From NCBI GenBank assembly GCA_964016885.1, contig OZ024751.1, forward strand, positions 34,162,001-34,226,000: DNA of 64,000 nucleotides. The letters are read 5' to 3'. This document shows positions 14,474-27,717 of the stretch, one piece after another. Source of the DNA: Eledone cirrhosa. Its lineage: Eukaryota. The notes below the pieces were generated by a model. That model did no database searches, was not told the origin of the DNA, and worked only from the letters and a program-made list of their open reading frames with translations. The translations under genes were made by a program, and so were the position numbers. Numbering within the stretch: position 1 is the stretch's first letter; every line of letters begins with the position of its first letter.

Positions 14474-15394
14474 CATTTTATTTGTTGCTGTTGCATTTGG
14501 TTTGGTTATGGTTGCTTTAACTTCTTTTTAAGTAGTAGTTGTTTAGATTACTATTACATTCTCTATTGACAACTCATTCTTCGAGCTAAATACTATAAAA
14601 CCGTAATCTATGCCCTAACACAACCAGCACCACACCACACCACACCACACCACACCATCACCACCACACCACACCACCACCACACCACCACCACTACACC
14701 ACCACCACCGCACCGCCACCAACACACCACCACACCTCCACTACACCACAGCCACCACTACACCACCACCACACCACAACCCAATATTAACATCTGTTAA
14801 TGACAGGAATGTTATATGGACGATTTCTTTATTTTGGACTTTTTATGTTTTTTAGTATTTTTTGTCGTTTGTATTTTATTTTATTTTAATCCTTTCTGTC
14901 GTTTTTTGTTTCCTTCTATCCCTCTAGTTCCTTTATATCTCCTTCTCCCTCTAGTTCCTTCTCTCTCTAGTTCCTTTATATTTCCTACAAAATGGTTGGT
15001 TGATGAATGAGTGAATTTCACAAGCGTTTGATCGAACAACTGGAACACTCATCACCGAAACCGATGGAGTTCCATTCACAAGATTGGTGTTATTTGACAT
15101 TGCAGTAAACATCAGCCAGATTTTAATTGTTAATTTAGTACCATCAGGTGTGAGAACTTCCAAAATGTTAATGAGTTATCCCGGAGAGAATCAAATATAT
15201 TTATTATCAGTTCAAGTAGATTAGAAGATCTGTAGTATTGTAGTATTGCTGAACAGATGGTTTAACCCTCATCTCATTCAGGCATGTCCTGCTTTTATTT
15301 GTGTTTTTTCATTCTAATTATTCCTGCCTCATATAGCTAGACGACATGTTGATGGGAAGAAAGAGATGTAAAGAGACAGTAACGGTAGATTATC

Positions 15395-15700
15395 AGCCTA
15401 AATATCTTGTATTTTATGGCGTCCCTTTATGTTCTGGGTTTCAAATTCCGCTGAGGCTAACTTTGTTTCATTTCGCCTTTCATCTTCCTAATGTCGATAA
15501 AAATAAGTACCAATGAACTACTGGAGTAGATTAAATTGGCGAAGAAGACACCTCTTCCCGTATAAAGTTAGAAGTCTATATCTTAATGAGAAGTAAAATA
15601 AATCCTACCGAGGATAACTTTGTCTTTCATCCTTTCGAGGTCTGGTTTCAAATCCTACCGAGGGCGATTTTGATTGACATCCTTTCCAAGATCGAAAGAC
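15395..15700 (+). mobile_element. Diverged Nin-type SINE fragments
   Basis: tcaaattccgctgaggctaactttg...cctttcatcttcc...gtcgataaaaataagtacc. Confidence 0.55.
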
Positions 15701-16730
15701 GTCAGTGTAGTAGTGTTGGCGGAGGTGGTGCTGAAGGTGATGACTGTGGTGGAGATGGAGGAGACGGGGAGTTAGGAGGAAGATCTCATATGTTAATGTT
15801 CAGTTGCTTTCGGCTGTTAGCTATCAAATGCTACATTAATATTCACCTGGGCTCCCTTTCTTCTGGTTTAAATTGGAAGAGAATTAGAGAATTGTTTTTC
15901 TCTTTCTTTATTTTGTTTTGTCAGAAAGTACCTTTCTCTTCCTTTCCTTTTTTCCCTTTCATTTCCTTTCACTCGGCCGGCAATGAACGCCGGAAGTGGC
16001 TTCTCTCCTTTAATTTCATCCGACATTTGAAGCGAGCGTTTCTGTGAATTAATTTACTCATTAATAAATCCTCTACTAACTATATCTTATTGAACGTCGG
16101 AGCTAATTTCAAAGTGAACTTTAAAACGGATCTTTTATAACACTTCATTTAGCTGGATATTGAATGTCGATCGTTTAAAGATTCTGTTGTCTTCCATACA
16201 AACTAGATCATTAGCTTATCTTGTTTGTCATCTTTTACAGTATCGGTTGCATTCTTTGATTTGTTTGATCAGAATACTAACCACTTGCTATTCCAGATTT
16301 GCTGAAGCATGTCATGGTGAAAATATACTCAGTTGTTCACCGTATCAATAGATTATGGTCAATGATTCTCAACCGTATAACCTCGTAAACTACAAATTCT
16401 TTATCATTGTCTCGTTAGAACCTGCCATTTGCCATCACCAAACCTCTATGTAGACGGTAGCATAGTTAGAAACAGCAGTCAAACCCCCAATAAATTACAT
16501 GCTAGCATCTTTAAACCGTATTGCGGATATTTATGTATCCGAAATAAAGTAGTTCTGAATACAATATAGCTAGAAAAAAAACACGAAATAATCCCAGCTT
16601 GAATAATTGGTCGAGCTAGAATCTGGGGCAAACAACAATAACAATAACACCAACATTATAGAATGCATAAAATTGATAATCCTTATATATGTGTCGAAAT
16701 GGCTTGAGTTCTGCCGTCGGGGTTAAACAT

Positions 16731-16792
<62 letters not shown>

Positions 16793-16797
<5 letters not shown>

Positions 16798-17100
16798 ATT
16801 AAATAAATGGAAAACTATATTTATAAAACCATATTTATTTCATTATATATATTTCGGGGATATCATATTAACAATATGCTATGCCTTCATCAGACAAAAT
16901 ACAATATAAACAGTTTTATAGATAAATATATTCGACATACCGTAATAAACATGATATATATAATGAAATAAATATGGTTTTATAAATATAGTTTTCCATT
17001 TATTTAATATTGTAAATATACTCCAAGTATTTGTCGAGTGCTTTTATATCAGTTATAAATATTTACTAGTTGTAACCCAACAATTTTAAATATAACTTTA
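16793..17100. mobile_element. PLE-derived fold-back element (arms ~16793-16852 / 16953-17013) plus tail
   Basis: About 60-bp inverted arms, a minus-strand hammerhead and a tail containing ACTC..GTCGAGTGC, flanked by (TA)n. Confidence 0.75.
16839..16898 (-). ncRNA. Minimal type I hammerhead ribozyme
   Basis: Minus strand reads TTTGT-CTGATGA-aggcatagcatattgttaatatgatatcccc-GAAA-TATATATA-ATGAA. Confidence 0.7.
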
Positions 17101-17401
17101 CATGTATATATATATATATATATATATTGTATAAGTTATTTTATTAGAAGCAGTTAAATGTTAACTGAGCACTAAATACGCGTGAATTGACTGCAAATTA
17201 TATTTGTCTAAGATATGTGTTGAAATATTGAAGTCACTATTACCTGTTTCATCGAAGTGTGTGTGTTGCATGAGTTGTTTTATTAAAACAAGTTAAATGT
17301 TAACTGTGTGTGTGTATGTGTGTGTGTGTTAATTTACCATTTCACAATCGAAACGGTTTAAGCTTGGCCGTAGGGCATTATATATTTAATAATAATATAT
17401 A

Positions 17402-17493
<92 letters not shown>

Positions 17494-18576
17494 TGTGTGC
17501 GCATGCGTGTGAATAGTGAACTAGAGACAAACAGAAATCCTAGTTATATTTTTATTCATTTATCAGATTTAATCGTAAAAGAGATACGAGGTAAGCTTCG
17601 CTAATCCTTCCACCATAACACCCACCTTCACACCTTCGCATCAACACTAATTGGATTTCCATATTTGGAATAACGTGATTGTGATGTTGTGACGTAATCG
17701 TGACGTAATTCTAGTATCTTTAAAGCTGGTATTTTACTAAGTAACACCATTTAAGGAGATACAAAAATATACTGGTTATACAAAAACAAACAGGAACTCT
17801 TCTATATGATCGTATAACCTGCTAGAAATAGCAACCAAATCTCCCTCTAATCACACACAGCCGTCTTAGAAACCAAATGATTATATAGATGGATAAATGT
17901 AATCTTGTGTTCTTGGAAATGAGACACTGATCACGGGAGTGATATATTTGATCCTAGCTCTTAGTGAAAATCAACTGTTTTAGTGCTAACTGGAACCTAG
18001 CATTTTATTACTACCACCACCAGATTGGAACCGTGTGTGTGTGTGTGGCTATATTTGGAGATGGTCAAGTTGCCAATATTACGAATAAAAACACTCGCTA
18101 TTTGATTTTTCAGTTCATCTGAATAACATTGGTTGTCCACAATTCCGAACGGTCGCCGATTCAGATCACAAATTTTTGATCTGCATAGTAGACCTAGATA
18201 GAAGATGTAGGCAAGGACGTGGTTACTGGAACTTAACCAGTCATTCCTGGCACGTAAAGCCTACAGAGTGGGGTGACCAATTTAGTTAAACGTAAGTTGC
18301 CAAGGGGTGTCGTCAACAACAGGTGGTGGGTTGCTCTCAAGAGAGAGAGAGATTAGAGTAGAATCAATAGCATTTAGTAGGTAAATAGAACGAGAAATAA
18401 AAGATGAAATAGAGTGAAAAGAGGAAAGAACTTAAATTATTTGAGATAAAAACTGTGTTGTATTAAGTCAACCATTTCGGAGAAATATGTGTGTCTGTCT
18501 GTCAGTGTGTGTATGTCAGTGTGTATGTGTGTGTGTATGTATGTGTATGTGTGTATGTGTGTATATGTGTATATAC

Positions 18577-18667
<91 letters not shown>

Positions 18668-18864
18668 TATTAGAAAGTGAGGTTTTTTTACAAAATGAAA
18701 AATAACCGAGGTGTCCTACACGAGTGAAAGTATAAAGAAAAAGAGATGAAATCGAAAATGCAACTGGAGTCTTATTTTTTTTTAAATATATATATTTATT
18801 TGGTTCCTTTACTGGTTTCGCAGTTCTTCTGCTTTTCAAAAGGTGAGTTGAGATGGACGGTCTG

Positions 18865-19326
18865 TGGTTTAAGCAGCAGAAAGTAATGAAGAAGGAAACA
18901 AGAGAATAAAGACCATCAAACCTGGTTGAAATGTGAGCAAGGAAGGAATTTCGCACAGGTCTAACGGGAGGAAGAAGGGGTCTGGTCTGCGAATTCGGTA
19001 AACATAAGTTTTGTGAAGTCGCAGACGAGAGAGAGAGAAAAAAAATTCATACCGGCTTGGCCAAGTGCCCGCGAGAAAAGGAATACGGACAGGTCAAACG
19101 GGAAGAAAGGGGAGGAGGAGAGGTAGTGACAGAGAGTGAGTGAATGAAAGGTGAGGAAGAGGCTAACAGAGAGAGAGACTGCTAGAAAGGGTAAAGACAC
19201 AAAGAACGAAACAGATTCAACCAGGTTTGATGGTCTTTATTCTCTCGTTCACGATTTCACCGAATTTATATTCATAGAAATCTAGGACTTGTTTCCTTCT
19301 TCATTACTTTCTGCTGCTTAAACCAT
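18865..19326. repeat. Inverted repeat with a GA-rich spacer (arms ~18865-18930 / 19215-19326)
   Basis: aagcagcagaaagtaatgaagaaggaaacaag..agaataaagaccatcaaacctggttgaa is mirrored; the right arm has a ~45-nt extra segment. Confidence 0.7.
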
Positions 19327-19419
19327 TTTGTTTGTTTACCCTAGCGTCCCCCTTATTTACGTGTCCCAACGACTTTTTTTTAGCCGTTGCTCGCACCAAC
19401 CTGAGGTATATGGCCTCTA

Positions 19420-19508
19420 ATATATATAGTTTACATAATTTACATAATTTACATAATTTACATAAATCTGCAACGAAAGATTTATGTAAATTATGTAAAC
19501 TATATATA
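19420..19508. repeat. Short palindrome built from (tttacataa)n
   Basis: tatagtttacataa...ttatgtaaactata. Confidence 0.75.
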
Positions 19509-19599
19509 TGTGTTTGTGTCTATATTGTATCTGTATTATTTTGACCGTCGGTCAGTCAATGGCAACATTGAGGACCGATTAAGTTAGATCGCAGATATA

Positions 19600-19755
19600 A
19601 AAGACAGCGAGAAGCGAAAACCAACCAAACAGTGAGTGTGTTCTGTTATTAATTCTGGCAATATTACACAAATATGACCCTCCCCAAGTATAACAATATT
19701 TGTTTCGACACACGATTTCATATAAAAAACCTCGCTAAACTAATTCATCGCCGCT
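19600..19755 (+). mobile_element. PLE-type tail of the 44-kb hairpin family ([11 protein letters not shown] start)
   Basis: Matches the reverse complement of 43965-44045. Confidence 0.65.
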
Positions 19756-20015
19756 ATATATATATACATATATATATATATACATACATATATATATATA
19801 TTCATATATATATATACATACATATATATATATATACATACATATATATATACATACATATATATATACATACATATACACATACATATATATATATACA
19901 TACATATATATATACATAGATATATATATACATATATATATACATAGATATATATATACATATATATATACATAGATATATATATACATATATATATATA
20001 TACATACATATATAT

Positions 20016-20054
<39 letters not shown>

Positions 20055-20069
20055 TATACATATATATAC

Positions 20070-20128
<59 letters not shown>

Positions 20129-20156
20129 CATATATATACATATATATACATATATA

Positions 20157-21158
20157 AGAGGGTGTTAAAGTTTGCTTGAAGCATTGTGAAATGTGTAAAA
20201 TATGTAGTTTAGAAAGCCACAACAATGCAGATGGGAAATCTCGAGGTAGGAAGTGAGTGAGAAATAGGAGAAAAGTGAAAATTGAGAGAAACGAAAATGA
20301 AAACAAAACAAAGGTAGAAGGGTTACCGTAGTGGAGATTTAATCCCAATATTTCGGGCTTACGCCCATCAACGGGGGAAAGTTCCAAAAGGGGGGGAACA
20401 GGCTAGGCCGGAGAAAGTTGTATTGTCGTTAAAACATAGGAATGCCGTTATGGGGAAAAATTCAAACGAGGGAAAGAATGCGCGTGCGCGTGATAGGCTG
20501 TGGCAAAAGCTACTGACCAATTGGGTTAAATCAATAGGGTGCGCTAGCGTGTGAAAGCCGTAAAATATGTGTGTGTAAATATATATGTGTGTGTAACTGT
20601 GTGTGTATATGTGTGTGTGTGTATGTATGTGAGTGTGTGTGTGTGAAAGATAGAGTGCCGTAGAAGCTGGAAATCAAAGGGTGTGAAAGGTGGTAGGTTG
20701 TATAAACATGTGTGCGTGTTTAAATATAGATGTGTGTGTGTATGTGTATGGGTATACATATAAGTGCGTGTGTGTGAAAGATAGTAGGCCGTAGGGGCTG
20801 TTACTGGTCACTATGGTTAAATTAGCCATGTCAGCTCATTTCTCTCAGCCCGGTTGTTAAGTGGGGGTCTGAGGTTCTTAATAACAAGTGCTTCCTTTAT
20901 CCTTAAGGATCCGATGCTGCGTTCAGTCGCTAGGACTGTGACCAAGGGTCTGCCCTGTGGGTTTCCGCATTTAAGGATGTGTTTACGGAAGGAAGATGCG
21001 TTGGTGTTGACATGTTCCTTGATACGAACATGTAGGGGTCGGATGGTGCTACCTATGTAAAACTTGTTACATTTATCGCATTGAATCTTATATACGACAT
21101 AGGTGCGTAGGCAATCTGCCCCCCCGTATCGGGCAGTTGCTGAGGGAACACGTCCCAT
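20157..21158 (-). mobile_element. 5'-truncated Penelope-like retroelement: GIY-YIG C-terminus, 3' UTR, decayed hammerhead (~20342-20377) and tail
   Basis: Endonuclease ORF end, then a UTR, then ttgat-gggcgtaagccc-GAAA-tatt-ggga, then a tail shared with 43620-43655; embedded in (TA)n. Confidence 0.8.
20817..21158 (-). CDS. Penelope-type GIY-YIG (Uri) endonuclease domain, partial
   Basis: Translation [29 protein letters not shown]...H...[15 protein letters not shown] contains the GIY-YIG pair, the catalytic Arg and Glu, the conserved Asn and a CxxC. The upstream part of the ORF call is only microsatellite. Confidence 0.9.
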   Translation of the reverse strand: MGRVPSATARYGGADCLRTYVVYKIQCDKCNKFYIGSTIRPLHVRIKEHVNTNASSFRKHILKCGNPQGRPLVTVLATERSIGSLRIKEALVIKNLRPPLNNRAERNELTWLI

Positions 21159-21168
21159 ATATATATAC

Positions 21169-21249
<81 letters not shown>

Positions 21250-21450
21250 CATATATATATACATATATATATATACATATATATATACATATATATATAT
21301 ACATATATATATATATACATATATATATATACATATACATATATATATACATATATATATATATATCTATATACATATATATACATATATATATATATAT
21401 CTATATACATATATATACATATATTTATACATATATATATATATATATAT

Positions 21451-21487
<37 letters not shown>

Positions 21488-21556
21488 TATACATATACAT
21501 ATATACATATATATATATATACATATATATACATATACATACATATATATACATAT

Positions 21557-21624
<68 letters not shown>

Positions 21625-21625
<1 letters not shown>

Positions 21626-21906
21626 GGAGGTGAGTTTTATTGTAGTACAATAAAGCAATGCAGATATCGGATAAGAAGCACTCTACAGTTTGTGTGACTG
21701 GAGTATGCATAATATAAGATCATAATATAAGAGAGATATGTTGATTTAAAACTGCACTATCAACAAGTGTTTTTTTAGCCTTCATATCATGTTCTCCTGT
21801 TTTATCTGATGAAAACACAAATATTATTGCTTGATGATGTTTGTTTTTGAAATGCGCATAATAAAATATATGGAACTCCTTTAACCATCTTTTGATCTTA
21901 TATTAT
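21625..21906. mobile_element. PLE-derived element: minus-oriented tail, short inverted repeat and plus-strand hammerhead
   Basis: The tail (gtagagtgct..tatccg on minus) resembles 685-705; short IR ataatataagatca/tgatcttatattat. Confidence 0.65.
21800..21866 (+). ncRNA. Type I hammerhead ribozyme
   Basis: TTTTAT-CTGATGA-aaacacaaatatt...gatgtttgttttt-GAAA-TGCGCATA-ATAAAA. Stem III is the palindrome ATGCGCAT and the triplet is AUA. Confidence 0.8.
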
Positions 21907-22171
21907 ATATATATATATATATACATATATATTTAAAAGAATGGAGGTGTAACACACGAGTTGTGATATATTGGTAAAAGGAAAAGAAAATGCTGACAAA
22001 TTGTTCTCAGTGAAAAATAGTTTAATTAGAAATAAGTAAAAATTAGTAATAAATATTGGTTAGTATTCAGTTATGGTTTAAAGCTTTACCGGTTGCGCAT
22101 TTCTAATGCTTTTCAAAAATAATTTTGAGAATAAGGAAAAGCGAAGTAGTTTCAGATGTTCAAGTCCTTTA

Positions 22172-22370
22172 ATAATAATTGTTTCTACTTTTGGCACAAG
22201 GCCATCAAATTACCCAGTACATTACTGGTACTTTATTTTATCGACCCCGTAAGGATGAAAAGCAAAGTTAACCTCGGCGGGATTTGAACTCAGAATGATA
22301 AGGGCCGTAACTGTATGCGTCAAAGCATGGCGTCCGACCTTCTACCGATACTGCCAATCCACCGCCCTTT
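22172..22370 (-). mobile_element. Nin-type tRNA SINE
   Basis: Same A/B boxes and core as the 5680 copy. Confidence 0.8.
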
Positions 22371-22433
22371 TAATAATAATGCTGTGATATATATTTCAAT
22401 GACGACGACAGTGGCCACACTGTTCCGTGCGCC

Positions 22434-22491
<58 letters not shown>

Positions 22492-23112
22492 CATATTGAA
22501 GAAGTAAGTATGATAAGAATGGTTAAAAATCATAAGAAGGCGAGAATGAGACAGTAAGAGAAATTGCAATGTCTGATTGTTACAATCAGACATTCCGAAA
22601 TAGATTCTCTCCCAGTCAAATGTATTCCGATTGGACGACAGGAATAAGTTTGGTGTGGATGGTAGTGCCAAATATGGCGGTAACGATGACAACGACGACA
22701 GTGGGGAGTAAACATTGTTTTCTCGTAGAACATCGTTGATCTGGTCACTTTAAAAAGATGGCAATGATAAAATATAGATTACCATTGGTGGTGTTTTCAT
22801 CATCATCAATATCAAGATCATTATTGTTGTTTAATGTTTCATCCATGTATGATCCCTAAACTTTTGAAAACCACCGTTATAGCAATATACCCCCCACATA
22901 TATACATATTTATACATACATATAGACACATTTATATTTATATATATATATACATATATACATATAGACACACACATTTATATTTATATAAACATATATA
23001 TACATATATATACATATAGACACACACATTTATACTTATATATATACATATACATATAGACACACATTTATATTTATATATACATATACATACATATAGA
23101 CACGCACATTTA

Positions 23113-23156
<44 letters not shown>

Positions 23157-24230
23157 CAGACACACACATTTATATATATATATATAAATATATATATATA
23201 TAAAGGGAGAGAGAGAGAGATTTATATGTAAAGAGAGAGAGAGATGTGTGTGTAAAGAGGGGGAGAGAGAGAACAAAGATGTACATGGAAAAAAAGCAAA
23301 TACGTGTGACAAATGAATAAAAGCATCCATTTTGCGAACGCGTGCGTGCGCGCATATATGCTGTTTATTCAGAGAAAGAAGAGATGTGCCAACGTCCCTT
23401 TCCAGGGCTTCCATTGACAGGTGTTCGTGTAGGAGGATGAGAGAAATTTATCATCAACCCGGATAACTGGTTCCAATCACAGCAACCACAGAGTGGACTT
23501 GGCTAATATCATCCAAACGTCCAGGTTGGTGGACAACAGTTTAAGCCCTTACCCAATCAAACATGTAATAAATCAAAATATTATATAAAAAAATATATTT
23601 TTAACACTTATCAGCAAAATATATCAGCTGTTCTCAACTTTGACCTCTTTTACAAAGTACTTCTCTGTTTTGGTAGATCGATATTTCTGTTGTCTTTGAT
23701 TAACGTCTTTCATAGATTAGAGTGACGGGAAGATTCAAAATGAAAAATAACATTAAAGTGAAACATCAACAAAAGGATATACAGAATAAAAAAATGGTTT
23801 TCTTCTTCTTCTTGTAATTGTGTTGCATTTTTGTTGTTGTTATTTTTTGGTAGATTGTGATATAGTTTTCGCTCACACACACAGATACGCGTGTGAGTAT
23901 GTGTGTGTGCGTGTGTATGTGTGTGTGTGTGTCAAAATCTCATTCATATAAAAAAAAATGTGTTGTGTTGAATAGCTGGTTGGACAATAAACAGGCAAAA
24001 GACTGAGGCTATGTTGAGGTCTCTGAAACTACATAGAGTCTTTGTTGCGACTCATCTTAGAAAGGGTGGGCGTCACTTATAGACGAGTCCATATTCTAAT
24101 GGTCGGGGTGGTAATATTGAAAGTTCTCTTCCTACTTCTTACATGATGAACATCCTAATCCAGCAATATCACTGAAACAACCTTCGTTATTATTGTGATA
24201 ACATATAAGATATATCAAATATATATCAAG

Positions 24231-24293
<63 letters not shown>

Positions 24294-24432
24294 GACTATA
24301 TCAAATATATATCATCAGTCCTCAACTTTGGCCTGTATTTTCTCATTTGTTATCTGTAAAACACGCACAAAATAACATCAGATATTTTGGTCGCAAAATA
24401 TATTTGATCTGTGCATGTGTGTGTGTGTGTGC

Positions 24433-24491
<59 letters not shown>

Positions 24492-24813
24492 TACATGTAT
24501 GCATATGTGTGTGTTACTATTTGCTGAAGTATATCAACTTTTGACGTCTCCAGTCACTTCATAACATGGAACGTTTTTCTTAATGTCAGAGAAATAATTC
24601 AGATGCTTCTTCCTCACCACCTCGCTCTCTCTCTCACTACTGCATCCCCCACTGGAATAACCTCCACCACCACCACTCTCAATACTACCGTCACATTTTT
24701 AAGGCATGGGGGGAGTAGTTAGGGCTGCACACATGTGATTACTTTGTTAAAGGTACCAACAGCTGAAATATCTGTACTCGAATAAAGGTACCAACAGGTA
24801 AACAGAGTAATAT

Positions 24814-24875
<62 letters not shown>

Positions 24876-24966
24876 GGGGGTGTGTGTGTGTGTGTGTGTG
24901 AATGTATATATGTATCCATTAATTAATGAATGAATGAATGTGTGTGTGAATGTATATATATATATA

Positions 24967-25117
24967 TGACAATATATGAACAACCGTCCGGTTATGGAAC
25001 CAACCAACCAACCGGAAATTTATAAATTCTTAAATTTATAAATTTAATTATAATAAATTGGAGTGAAAGCAACTGGTGTGTGTGTTTCTTATTGGCAACA
25101 TGACCCTCCCAAAGCAT

Positions 25118-25125
<8 letters not shown>
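24967..25125 (+). mobile_element. Solo arm fragment of the 44-kb hairpin family
   Basis: High identity to 44388-44545; flanked by (TA)n. Confidence 0.85.
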
Positions 25126-25164
<39 letters not shown>

Positions 25165-25343
25165 TTAATGAATGCATGTATGTATGTATCTGTGTGGTGT
25201 GTTTCACTTTCTGATATTTTCACATTAAAAGAAATCTCCCAGCATCTCAGAACAGTAAATTGATTTTGTCGGAACAGACAGAACACATTTCAAAAGGCAT
25301 TTTCACACACACAGACACACATACATACATATATATATAAGTG

Positions 25344-25411
<68 letters not shown>

Positions 25412-26234
25412 TATAAGTGTATATTCATATATACATATGCATATTATACACACATGTATGTTTATATATATACACACACACAGATATGCATATATATATA
25501 GATGCATATATATATATGCATATATATATATGCATATATATAGAGAGAGAGACACACACACACATGCATTTATATATACATATACGTGCGTGTGTGTGTG
25601 TATGTGCGTATTTATGTATGTTTATATGAATGTTTTTGTTATTGATGGAAAATATTTTGAAAATAATTTTTTTCACGCTTCTTTGTAATATTTTTTCACT
25701 TTGAGTCTTTATATATATACACACATGTGTGTCTGTGTGTCTGTGAGTGAATGTGAGTGTGCATTATCTATATTTTGGATGAGTGTGTTATCATATATCA
25801 TTTTTGGGGTAATAATTAATTGTATATTTGCCAAGTGATCTATTTTCCTCCAATTCTGACATGGAAACCAACGAACTTCACAGTAGAGGAAGAGATGCTA
25901 CGAAGTCCGCCATTACTATTTATAAACCACCCGACATTTTGTCGACGAAACGATCTTTTGTCATTTGTTTTCAATCCGATTTTTAATGATATATTTATAT
26001 AAAGTGTCTCGCTATTGTTGCTTTGTATTCATCAAATATATCATATACTTTATATTGTATTATATTATTTTGTATAATATATTATATTATATAATGTTAT
26101 CGTATGTATATCTACCTCTCTATGTATATATATCGATTGAATCTACAACTATATAATCTGTATTTCTGTCTCATTGTGTATTTATTGAAATAATTTCATT
26201 TCGGTTTTTTTTTCTGTGTATTCCAGCCCCCCCC

Positions 26235-26320
<86 letters not shown>

Positions 26321-26324
<4 letters not shown>

Positions 26325-27116
26325 GCAGGCTTAGTAAAATCGAGTCTTTGGCGGTGTGCAAGCAAATTCGACCTACTATGTGAATGAGTTAGCAAAAGAC
26401 TCGACAAGGTAGGTCCTTAGAGTAATAACATAATGTTTAAATAGCTTGACAAATTGAACATTGTGGTAGGCAAAATCTAACACACAATACCAAAGTAACG
26501 AAAGAACTAACAGGTTGAGAAAAAATATACCTGGACAAATCAAACGTTATACGTTTAAAGTGTTTCTATGAATCCGAAATCAAATATCAGACTTACGTAA
26601 CTGGCAAGCTCGTGGTATTCATGATCGAACAGAGGATCCATTTCATCAACAGGATTTCGTTCTACCAAAGAACGGGGCGAAATACTAAATGTTGCAGCCA
26701 GCAGCAGCGAATCGGACATTTAGTTGTCACGTGTTATTTCCAACAAGGGAAATAACCCCCGGTTTTTGGCGGGGCATTTAAAGTGTTAGACAAAGGAAAT
26801 ATTATAATTTCCGCTAACTTTCAGAATAAGCTCTCGACCAGATGTTATTAAACAAACACAAATAATTAACCAATCAACAGAATTGTCTAATTAAATTAAT
26901 TAGTTAATTATTAAATCTAGGAGAAAATAATATAATTGGAGGCTTAGTAAAATCGAATCTTTGGCAGTGTGCAAGCAAATTCGACCTACTATATGAATGA
27001 GTTAGCAAAGCACTCGACAAGGTAGGTCCTTAGAGTAATAACATAATGTTTAAATAGCTTGACAAATTGAACATTGTGGTAGGCAAAACCTAACACAATA
27101 CCAAAGTAACGAAAGA
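26321..27116 (-). mobile_element. Non-coding element with ~183-bp direct terminal repeats (26321-26506 / 26934-27116)
   Basis: Near-identical direct repeats that contain, on the minus strand, the tail motif ACTC..TGTCGAGTG(C/T)TTT. Confidence 0.65.
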
Positions 27117-27117
27117 T

Positions 27118-27312
27118 TAAAACCAATATTAAACTTGTAAGACTATTATTCAACAGAGTACTCGATTCTTAGGATAGAAAGTGTAGCTATATTAAAATGA
27201 ATATATGTATACGGCCGTATACATATATTCATTTTAATATAGCTACACTTTACTATCCTAAGAATCGAGTACTCTGTTGAATAATAGTCTTACAAGTTTA
27301 ATACTGGTTTTA
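27118..27312. repeat. Loopless ~195-bp palindrome centred on CGGCCG
   Basis: The arms are reverse complements with only 2-3 differences. Confidence 0.9.
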
Positions 27313-27313
27313 T

Positions 27314-27373
<60 letters not shown>

Positions 27374-27485
27374 TTATTTATAAACGTTTCAGTGGTGTTG
27401 CTGCAGATGTTATTCTGATTAGGTAGGCAGACAACGTTTCCAGTGTCGACATTGTTTCACCAGATGTAATCTGTTTATGTAGGTG

Positions 27486-27547
<62 letters not shown>

Positions 27548-27632
27548 CCATATAATCATAAAGACAAACGTACACACACGTGTAATATATATATATATTT
27601 ACATATGTATAGATAGATAGATAGATAGCTAT

Positions 27633-27717
<85 letters not shown>

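Noticed and set aside
14951-15225. Short open stretch that looks exon-like
   Set aside because: No recognisable motif or clear splice sites.
20817-21710. 297-aa ORF as a full protein
   Set aside because: Only 20817-21158 is real coding sequence; the rest is a TA tract fused to a different element's tail.
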